Part shown: one piece after another, positions 9,225 through 16,991 of the stretch
Layout: every line of letters starts with the position of its first letter
How positions within the stretch are numbered: the stretch's first letter is position 1
From: Candidatus Hadarchaeota archaeon
GTDB lineage: Archaea > Hadarchaeota > Hadarchaeia > Hadarchaeales > Hadarchaeaceae
Assembly: GCA_964514965.1 (NCBI GenBank)
Contig: CAZETV010000001.1
Span: forward strand, 210,001 to 242,000
Direction: 5' to 3'
Length of the DNA: 32,000 bases
The notes under the pieces: generated by a model
Database searches by the model: none
What the model saw: the letters and a program-made list of their open reading frames with translations, nothing else
What the model was told of the DNA's origin: nothing
Position numbers and translations under genes: made by a program

Positions 9225-9365
9225 ACACATTTAAATTTGGATTCAACTCTAAGGTACTGGTTGGGTGTTGATAGTGCCTAATGATAAAAGAAAGTCATCG
9301 CGACTAATTGCAAAAATTACAAAATTTTATCGAAGTGTAACTCTAAAGAATGAAAGGGGAAGAGA

Positions 9366-9653
9366 ATGTTTGAGCCATTAATTTTTTTATTTGTGAGTTT
9401 TGGGCTTGTGTTTGTTATTTATTCCGTTTTAAGCATTTACAAAGCCCTGAATTTTCTTCGCTTCCCTAAGCTTTTGATGCCTATAGGATTAGGCTTCATC
9501 GGTGGCACACTACTCTCTGTGGGAATTCTCTTTCTACATCTGGGTGGGGTTCTCGATAAGTATGGCTGGATCATTTTCATTTATCCATGTGTTGTCGGCC
9601 CTCTGTCTATCCTTGCAGTTTACAGCCTTAGGAGGAAGTTGCACGCTAGTTGA
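9366..9653 (+). CDS. Small integral membrane protein, positional counterpart of 3895..4167
   Basis: 95 aa, three hydrophobic segments, located upstream of the second histidine kinase. Confidence 0.7.
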   Translation: MFEPLIFLFVSFGLVFVIYSVLSIYKALNFLRFPKLLMPIGLGFIGGTLLSVGILFLHLGGVLDKYGWIIFIYPCVVGPLSILAVYSLRRKLHAS

Positions 9654-9681
9654 CCTACTTGCAACATTTGGCATTGGAACG

Positions 9682-9942
9682 ATGTTAATAACGTGCTTTC
9701 TAGTACGTTACTTACCTATAAGTTTCAAACTTCAGAAATATATCGGGAGTTCAGCTTTTTTTGCGACGTTAGTCTGGATATTACTCTATGTGTTTATTCA
9801 AACTGGACAGGATGTATTTATTGTGGGTTTAGCGATATCTACCCTCATCTCTTCTATTCTCGGAGCATTAGCTGGCAGAGAAGTATTAAAAATTACTCGC
9901 GCGCCAAAATATATGTTAGAAACGTCCGAGAAAACTCATTAA
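9682..9942 (+). CDS. Small membrane protein resembling the N-terminal membrane segment of histidine kinase A
   Basis: The track ORF 9502..9942 overlaps the previous gene. The part from about 9650 resembles the N-terminus of the 4164..6098 product. The start codon is uncertain; the first ATG after the overlap is at 9682. Confidence 0.5.
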   Translation: MLITCFLVRYLPISFKLQKYIGSSAFFATLVWILLYVFIQTGQDVFIVGLAISTLISSILGALAGREVLKITRAPKYMLETSEKTH

Positions 9943-9949
9943 AAAACAG

Positions 9950-11578
9950 GTGATTTTGCTTGAAACCTATGCCGAGATAATAAATAGATTATTGAGCCGC
10001 ATGGTTTTTATTTGTGATATCAAAGCAATTAAAAATATATTTGACAAGCGCGAGGAAGACCAACCAATTCTCAAAGGATGTTGGTCAAATGAAAATACGA
10101 TAAACACAGACGCGGTGTTAAAGAATCTTGGAGAAACAAGCGAGGGAGAATCCGAATCCAAGTTGTTAAATGCATTTTCGAGTCTTACTTCAGGGCTCAT
10201 CGACTTGTACGGCACCGTCACCTCGCATGACCGCGCAACCGCGATGGCAGCAACAGTAATAAACGAGGTAGGAATCAAGCGGCACGACGGAATCTTGGGG
10301 AGAGTAGGGGTACCGCTTGGTAAATATAATGAAATCTTATACGAACGGGGGATATTGCTCCATTTACCAGATGGTATAGCCCTACAGGGAAAAGCGAAAA
10401 CCTTTGCATTCATGGTTTTCAAAGATATTCTTGAACCACTTTTAAGACAATGCATTCCGAATACTATCGATGAAATTAGAGATCGATTCAGAGAACTCAC
10501 AAAGAGAAAACCGATTATTATGGGAGTCAAAATAGCCGACAATGGAACGGTGAATATCAGCAAGTTATATAGCGACATTGAAGGATTACCCGCCGAAAAA
10601 AGTGTTGAAGAGATAATATCCGCCTCTTCCGCTGCATTAGATGTTTGTTTTCCTATTATCCAAAAAGATATAGGCTTTAATAGTTTGAAAAAAATCACGG
10701 AAAATATTTTTCACTCCAAGATTTTCGAAAAAATACCAAAAGAGTTCGACTTATTGGCAACTTTTTTAGAAATTACTAAACCAATGCCTAAAGGTATGCT
10801 GGAAAAAGAAAAGTTAACTTTCTTAAGTAAGGAAGAATTGGAGCGAAGGGTAAGGGATAGAACTGCCGAATTGGAAAAGGCTTACAGAAAATTGAAAGTA
10901 CTGGATCGTATGAAAGATGATTTTCTAGACATGACTTCACATGAGTTGAGGACTCCGCTGACCGCTATAAACAGCTTTCTACAGTTAATAGGCAGTGAAA
11001 AGTTAGGAAAAATTACTAAAAAACAAAAGAATGCTGTGAAAACCATTTCTCAGGAGTTGAAGCGTCTTAGGGATTCAATCGATAAAATTTTAGAAACATC
11101 TAGGCTGGAATCGGGGCGCATACAATCTGATATGAAAGCCCTGCAACTAGCGGAACTCATTCAAAAAACGGTTAAAAAAATGAAAATATTAGCCAAGCAA
11201 AAAGGGATTACAATAACCCAAAAAATAGCAAAATTACCTTTGATCAAAGGTGATGAAGGGCAGCTGATAGGAGTCATGACCAATTTGATTGATAATGCGA
11301 TTAAATTCACCCCGAGAGGAGGCATAATCACAGTTGATGCCAAAAAGAAGAAAGATAATATTTTAGTCGAAGTAAAAGACACGGGCATGGGAATAGCCAA
11401 GAAGAACCTGCCAAAGCTGTTTACAAAGTTCTTCCAGGTAGAGCACTCCATTCCAGGTGCTGGTATGGGGTTACGGATATGCAAGATAATTGTGGAAAAG
11501 CATGGGGGGAAAATAGGAGTGAGGAGTAGACTGGGTAAAGGTTCGACATTCTTTTTCGTGCTGCCAATAAAACAATAG
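9950..11578 (+). CDS. Histidine kinase (paralog B), without its own transmembrane segment
   Basis: 542 aa, probable GTG start. HisKA 'DMTSHELRTPLTAI', N-box 'LIDNAIKFTPRG' and 'DTGMGIAKKNL...GAGMGLRICK'. Similar to the 4164..6098 product outside the kinase core as well. Confidence 0.93.
   Translation: MILLETYAEIINRLLSRMVFICDIKAIKNIFDKREEDQPILKGCWSNENTINTDAVLKNLGETSEGESESKLLNAFSSLTSGLIDLYGTVTSHDRATAMAATVINEVGIKRHDGILGRVGVPLGKYNEILYERGILLHLPDGIALQGKAKTFAFMVFKDILEPLLRQCIPNTIDEIRDRFRELTKRKPIIMGVKIADNGTVNISKLYSDIEGLPAEKSVEEIISASSAALDVCFPIIQKDIGFNSLKKITENIFHSKIFEKIPKEFDLLATFLEITKPMPKGMLEKEKLTFLSKEELERRVRDRTAELEKAYRKLKVLDRMKDDFLDMTSHELRTPLTAINSFLQLIGSEKLGKITKKQKNAVKTISQELKRLRDSIDKILETSRLESGRIQSDMKALQLAELIQKTVKKMKILAKQKGITITQKIAKLPLIKGDEGQLIGVMTNLIDNAIKFTPRGGIITVDAKKKKDNILVEVKDTGMGIAKKNLPKLFTKFFQVEHSIPGAGMGLRICKIIVEKHGGKIGVRSRLGKGSTFFFVLPIKQ
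11501..11557 (+). repeat. 57-bp near-identical direct repeat, copy 2 (mate 6021..6077)
   Basis: CATGGGGGGAAAATAGGAGTGAGGAGTAGACTGGGTAAAGGTTCGACATTCTTTTTC. Confidence 0.9.
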
Positions 11579-11694
11579 ACAACTGTTGATAACATCTTTA
11601 ATTTAGGCAAAATGGCGAATAGACTCCATGAAATAATTAAACTTTTTCCAAAGGAAACCTTTTATTTCAAACTCAGCAATAACTATTTGATTAC

Positions 11695-12537
11695 ATGCGC
11701 AATTTACTAAAACGGACGGAGAAAGAACCACCCTTAGATGTAACCGTGAAAAAGCTGACGAAGGAACGGAAAAAACGTGAAAAAGAGGTTGAGGGCCCTG
11801 AATGGGTGAAAACTGGAATTCCCGGGTTTGATGACTTAATCGAGGAAGGGGGCATCCCAAAAGGCGCAAATATCCTCATTTCGGGAGGGCCGGGAACCGG
11901 AAAAACGATTTTCTGTTTACAGACCCTTTATAACGCAGCCTGCAACGGACATAAATGCCTGTATATCACATTTGAAGAATCGCCGGAGAGTTTGAAAAAA
12001 CACATGAAGCAATTTGGTTGGAAAATCGACACCCTCGAGAAAAATGATTTATTCGTTATAAAAAGGTTGGATCCATTCCGCATAGCGAGGTCTGTCGAGG
12101 CGTTACTTGCAAAGGCAGCAGGCCAGTTGCCGATAGAAATGAAAGGATTGCCGAAATTAATCCCTGATGGTTTCAATCCGTACATGATTGCGATGGACTC
12201 GGTCTCTGCTCTTGAATCCGCGTTCACAGGAAAACCAGAGAGTTACAGAATTTATATCGAACAACTATTCAGGCTTTTTGAGGAGGCTGGAGGGATGACC
12301 TTTTTGATAACGGAAACGGAGGAAGCTCCGAAGAGATACTCAAGAACTGGCGTAGAAGAATTTCTCGCGGATGGTGTATTTGTCTTTTACTACGGCAAGG
12401 TGCGAGATATGCGATTGAGGGCCGTTGAAATATTAAAGTTGAGAGGAGCAAAGCACATAAACAAAATCGTGCCCGTCTATATAACTGACAAGGGAATAGA
12501 AATTCTCCCTGGCGAACGCATTTTTGAGGTTGAATAA
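11695..12537 (+). CDS. KaiC/RadA-superfamily ATPase
   Basis: 280 aa. 'TGIPGFDDLIEEGGIPKGANILISGGPGTGKTIFCLQTL' (intact Walker A) and 'CLYITFEESPESL', followed by 'MIAMDSVSAL'. Confidence 0.92.
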   Translation: MRNLLKRTEKEPPLDVTVKKLTKERKKREKEVEGPEWVKTGIPGFDDLIEEGGIPKGANILISGGPGTGKTIFCLQTLYNAACNGHKCLYITFEESPESLKKHMKQFGWKIDTLEKNDLFVIKRLDPFRIARSVEALLAKAAGQLPIEMKGLPKLIPDGFNPYMIAMDSVSALESAFTGKPESYRIYIEQLFRLFEEAGGMTFLITETEEAPKRYSRTGVEEFLADGVFVFYYGKVRDMRLRAVEILKLRGAKHINKIVPVYITDKGIEILPGERIFEVE

Positions 12538-12593
12538 AAATTAATTATGTTAGTTAACCGAGTCCAAGTAATCAAACGAAACAGCGGCAGATA

Positions 12594-13340
12594 TCAACCT
12601 TCTCCAGTAATTCCCCAACCCTTTAAAATAATTCCCTTGTGGGTTAACTTGTACGGGGTTGGTTTCATGACGTAATTTATCCCTGGCATTTTTTTAATTG
12701 TTAGCCAGCGATGATATTTTTCTTTCCCCCTCAATGACAGTTCGAACACAGCATCAGAAAAATCCATCGCCCAACTCACGGTTGTTTGACTATGCGAGCG
12801 CGGATTTAATATGAAAATCCCTATGCTCCCGTTAAGCTTGGCTAACACGCTTAGGTACCTCATGAGCTTTAAAACAGGGGCTTCTCCCGCAAAGAGCATC
12901 AGTACAGAAAAAGTGTGATGGATAAACCGTAAGTTGTTGTCTGCTTTCTCGCCAAGAGACTCTCTAGCCATGGCAAAAGCTCGTTGAACTTTGCTCAAAT
13001 CGCTTATGTCCTCTATGACATGCTCCACATCTGTCGGAGTTTGTTTGAACCCGCTGACTTGCGTGTATCCGTCGATTATTTGTAGCTTACCCGTCTCCTC
13101 ATATGGTCTCACGTTAAATTCGAGGTCATCGGCAATCGACCTGACCAAGGCAGGTGGGTGGTCGTAAGAAACGAACTGGCCGTATTCACCCTTTGCCAGA
13201 CCTTCGCAAAGAATTTTCATAGCGAAAGTTGCACCCTTTGTCCCTGGCTCTTCAAGCAAAAGTATGGATGTTCCTCTGGGGATTCCGCCACCCAAAAATT
13301 CATCTAAACCCTTAATACCGGTTTTTGCTAACTTTTCCAA
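12594..13340 (-). CDS. KaiC/RadA-superfamily protein with degenerate Walker A
   Basis: 248 aa. 'TGIKGLDEFLGGGIPRGTSILLLEEPGTKGATFAMKIL' has the KaiC-like layout but EEPGTKGAT in place of GxxGxGKT. Confidence 0.85.
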   Translation of the reverse strand: MEKLAKTGIKGLDEFLGGGIPRGTSILLLEEPGTKGATFAMKILCEGLAKGEYGQFVSYDHPPALVRSIADDLEFNVRPYEETGKLQIIDGYTQVSGFKQTPTDVEHVIEDISDLSKVQRAFAMARESLGEKADNNLRFIHHTFSVLMLFAGEAPVLKLMRYLSVLAKLNGSIGIFILNPRSHSQTTVSWAMDFSDAVFELSLRGKEKYHRWLTIKKMPGINYVMKPTPYKLTHKGIILKGWGITGEG

Positions 13341-13721
13341 AACTACACCAACCTCTTTTTTAAGCCTCCAACTTCATATTAGTTAAATCGCCCCTTTATT
13401 AGTGTTTTTCCTTTGATAGATTACCATTTTTTCCTTAGATATCCATATTTTTCACATTCTAAATCTTATGTTTATTCATGAGATGTTTATTCTGTACTTT
13501 CTAGGGGCCAACACAATTAAAGAGAGGGCGAATTCGGCATGAATGAATCGATAACTTTGTTTATCCCATAAAATAGAAGATTTGGTGCGCAATAAATCTC
13601 TTTGAAGTTTTTGTTATTGGTATTATAAAGGGGGAAACTAGAATATTAATGGCAAGCATATGTATAGTGAAAACCCAAGGTATCTCTGTAGGTACCGGAG
13701 TACCGCGGAAGAGGATGGAGG

Positions 13722-15806
13722 ATGAGACAAATTAAGAAATTGCGGCGATTGCCTGCAACGCTTTTGCTGGTAGCCGCAGTAATAATATCTTTGTTGGCAT
13801 GCTTAATCACGCTACCTGCTGCCGTCCATGCCAGCATCAGTACACTAAATCCTAATGCAGACGGAAATTATCAACAATGGACTCCTGTTGGTGGCACTTC
13901 TTACGAAGCAACTTCAGACGAGTCAAATAACACTTTTGTTTATGTCGCTGGAAATATAACTTATAAAGAAACTGTAAATTTGCAAGACCCAACCTTTCAA
14001 GATACCGCTGCAATCAACAATGTTACCGTGTATGTGCGCGTTTTGGCTAGTACGCAAGGACAACAAGTCGTTATCCTCATCAGAACTGACGGCACAGATT
14101 ATGAAAGTGGAACAATGGGAGTAAGCAAGGGTGCTTTTACAGATTACTCAAATGTTTGGGGAAATAATCCTAAAACTGGTCTGCCGTGGACTAAAGCGCA
14201 AGTGGCAGCTTTGGAAGTTGACATAATGGCGTCAAAATTGGATGCCGGTGAAAATATAGAGTGTTCAGAGATATGGGTAGTGATCAACTATACGCCATTC
14301 GACTTCTCGATAAGCGCATCACCCAGCAGCCTCTCGGTCCAGCAGGCTGGCTCGGTATCGACAACGGTTAATGTTATGCTTATCCAAGGTACGGCTGGGA
14401 CTGTCAACCTTAGCGGCACATGGATTGGGACTGCGCCGGGCGGGGTTACTCCAAGTTTTAGCCCATCCTCTAGTACTCCAGATTTTGATAGTACTCTAAC
14501 TTTTTCAACAACCGCAGCTGCAACAGTTGACAACTTTACCTACAGGGTGTTCGGTAAAAGTGGTGATCAGACTCACACCATAGATGTCAAGCTGGAGATA
14601 ACCGAGCTGATATTCCCGGCTGCCTCCACTTTGCTTTCACCGGAGAACGGAATAACCACAGATATCCTCACGCCAAAGTTTGACTGGGCCAATGCCGCGG
14701 GTGCCACATCTTATATACTGGAGATAGCAACAGACAACACTTTTTCAAACATCGTACGCACCAAAACTACGATAGAATCGACCACGACTCTTTCCGAAAC
14801 CGAAAAGTTATCTTATGGGATTCATTACTACTGGAGAGTCCGGGGAATAAACGCCGCAGGGTCAGGAGATTGGTCGTCTATTTGGAGCTTCATCGCAAAG
14901 ACAACCGCCCCGAAGATTTTGATTTTTAAAATTGATACCAAAAATCAATATACAAATTCCACGAGTGTCGAGTTGGCCATATCCGCGCTGAACGCGGTGG
15001 AGATGCAGTTCTCAAACGACGGGGTGATATGGGGTGAATGGGAACCCTACCAGACATTAAAATCTTATTCGTTGGAGCCACCGGACGGCGTCAAAAACGT
15101 TTACGTCAAGGTCATGGACAATGTTGGAGATATTGGGCAGACAATTCTAGATTCGATAATCTTGGACCAAACGCCACCAAGCACCACCTATTCTCTTTCG
15201 GGAGACCTGGGCACAGATGGTTACAAGGACTCGGTTGTGGTCACGCTGACCAGTATAGACGTTTACAGTGTTGCGTCAATAAAACACAAAGTTGATAACG
15301 GCGAGTGGCAAACAGGGAACACATTCGTGATTTCGAGTGAGGGTAAGCACACAATCGAATATTACTCAACAGACGCCGCTGGGAACGACGAGGGGATAAA
15401 ATCTTTCCAAGTGACGGTATACACACCTTTTACCTTCCCGCTGACCCTATTGTTGGGCATTCTTTTGGTGATTGCGGCAGTTGTATTCGTCGCATTGCTC
15501 CGCCTAAGAGGTCCCTCGCCTAAAAAAATGTTAAATATGGTTCTGGAGGAAAAAAAGGAAGCCTTAATGCTCAAAAAAGATGCTGCCATAAAATATTTCA
15601 AAAATGGCTCCATAAGCAGGGATATCTACGATGAGTTGATGGCAAAATATGATAGCAGGATGGCGGAACTCGAAGAAAAGGAGCGATTGTTGCGGGCGAG
15701 AATAAAAAGAAAACCAAAGAAAAATGCCAAAAAGCGCGAGAAGAAAAAGTCGAGAGAAGCAACGGAGAGGCTCCAGAGTATAAAAAAGAAAATAGATCGC
15801 GTTTGA
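13722..15806 (+). CDS. Secreted/surface-anchored protein with Ig/FN3-like repeats and a basic coiled-coil cytoplasmic tail
   Basis: 694 aa. Signal-like 'LPATLLLVAAVIISLLACLITLPAAVHA', FN3-like 'FDWANAAGATSYILEIATDNTFSNIV', C-terminal TM 'FPLTLLLGILLVIAAVVFVALL', then a Lys/Glu-rich tail. Confidence 0.8.
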   Translation: MRQIKKLRRLPATLLLVAAVIISLLACLITLPAAVHASISTLNPNADGNYQQWTPVGGTSYEATSDESNNTFVYVAGNITYKETVNLQDPTFQDTAAINNVTVYVRVLASTQGQQVVILIRTDGTDYESGTMGVSKGAFTDYSNVWGNNPKTGLPWTKAQVAALEVDIMASKLDAGENIECSEIWVVINYTPFDFSISASPSSLSVQQAGSVSTTVNVMLIQGTAGTVNLSGTWIGTAPGGVTPSFSPSSSTPDFDSTLTFSTTAAATVDNFTYRVFGKSGDQTHTIDVKLEITELIFPAASTLLSPENGITTDILTPKFDWANAAGATSYILEIATDNTFSNIVRTKTTIESTTTLSETEKLSYGIHYYWRVRGINAAGSGDWSSIWSFIAKTTAPKILIFKIDTKNQYTNSTSVELAISALNAVEMQFSNDGVIWGEWEPYQTLKSYSLEPPDGVKNVYVKVMDNVGDIGQTILDSIILDQTPPSTTYSLSGDLGTDGYKDSVVVTLTSIDVYSVASIKHKVDNGEWQTGNTFVISSEGKHTIEYYSTDAAGNDEGIKSFQVTVYTPFTFPLTLLLGILLVIAAVVFVALLRLRGPSPKKMLNMVLEEKKEALMLKKDAAIKYFKNGSISRDIYDELMAKYDSRMAELEEKERLLRARIKRKPKKNAKKREKKKSREATERLQSIKKKIDRV

Positions 15807-15904
15807 AATACGCCGTACAGGGCGGCCGATAATGACGAATAAAAGTAGGAATTAAAAAGATTATAGCGAGAAAACCTCGAATTCATTCGCAGGGGGGCCA
15901 AGAA

Positions 15905-16594
15905 CTAGGCTTCAGAAAATTCATAACTGCTGCTAAGCACTAACTTTATTTTTTTGGCTTTTTCACGTCCGATGCCACGCACCTGCCGTAAATTGTCTTC
16001 GGATGCCGCCATCACCCGTTCAACCGTGCCAAAGTGTTCGAGCAGCCGCTTGGCGAGCACAGCCGATACTCCGGGAAGTCCTTCGACTACGAACCGCTGT
16101 TGCTCGGACAAAGCCAACCCCTTGGGTTCACCGCGTATGGCAATCTCTCGAGCCTCCCCAACCTGTTCGCGTCTAGCGACGACGGCGAGGATTAGCGCGG
16201 TTTCTTTTTCATCTCGGGTTGGCAATATTGGAATTTTAAACTCCACGGCAAGCGCGGCAAGCGCCCCACGAATCGCGTTCGGGTGAATTCTCCTTCGTGA
16301 GTACAAACTTTTACCTTCCAAGATGAGTATCGGGCGCTCAAAGGTTTCGCTCAATTGCTTGGCTTGACCTAAGAGCCGTTTGTCGACAATTGACTGCAAA
16401 AAATCAGCCGTGGATTTTCTTTCTACCGCCACTCGGTCAGACAGAATGAAATCTCCAACACTAAGCTGACGTGATTCAACGTCGACACCGAGCTGCGTGA
16501 GTTCGTGCACAACGCCAGATGGAATTTCACGATTGTCTGCTATTATTTTTATCTTTTTTTCAACGAACCTTTCAATTGGTTTTTGTTCGGTCAT
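15905..16594 (-). CDS. XPF/ERCC4-type structure-specific nuclease (helicase-less)
   Basis: 229 aa. 'IIADNREIPSGVVHELTQLGVDVESRQLSVGDFILSDRVAVERKS' (ERKxxxD-like core) and C-terminal HhH 'LPGVSAVLAKRLLEHFGTVERVM...VRGIGREKAKKI'. Confidence 0.93.
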   Translation of the reverse strand: MTEQKPIERFVEKKIKIIADNREIPSGVVHELTQLGVDVESRQLSVGDFILSDRVAVERKSTADFLQSIVDKRLLGQAKQLSETFERPILILEGKSLYSRRRIHPNAIRGALAALAVEFKIPILPTRDEKETALILAVVARREQVGEAREIAIRGEPKGLALSEQQRFVVEGLPGVSAVLAKRLLEHFGTVERVMAASEDNLRQVRGIGREKAKKIKLVLSSSYEFSEA

Positions 16595-16671
16595 TTCTTA
16601 GCCTCTTCTCAAAATATGCGGCGAGAAGATAAAAATAGCGATTAAAAATGGAGGAAAATCATGACTGTTTA

Positions 16672-16980
16672 TCAGGGAATTATAATGCTATAAACCATTA
16701 TCCACAGGATTAGCCACATGATGAAAAATCCCCAAAATCCTTTCTTAAACGCAGTACCCCCTGTCCAATTTCCACCTAGGAATTCACTAGGAGAAAATTT
16801 CAGAACACGTGGAGCCAGCTTATACGCGATGTAAAAGAAAAAGAAAATAATCGCAAGTAAAGCTAATGCACCTTGTTCCGACGATAGGCTGCGCGGTAGA
16901 AGACCCGAAATGCAGCCGGCTATCGCCCCCCAGCCCGCAAACAGAAGGGTAATTTTACCTACGAGTTCCATATTATACAC
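16672..16980 (-). CDS. Small integral membrane protein
   Basis: 102 aa with several hydrophobic segments, located between the XPF-like nuclease and the divergent NFACT gene. Confidence 0.6.
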   Translation of the reverse strand: MYNMELVGKITLLFAGWGAIAGCISGLLPRSLSSEQGALALLAIIFFFFYIAYKLAPRVLKFSPSEFLGGNWTGGTAFKKGFWGFFIMWLILWIMVYSIIIP

Positions 16981-16991
16981 CCGGTGATAAC

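Noticed and set aside
9967-10698. 243-aa minus-strand ORF in the track
   Set aside because: It lies entirely antisense to histidine kinase B, which has clear domain motifs. Its translation shows no recognisable family and looks like a shadow ORF.
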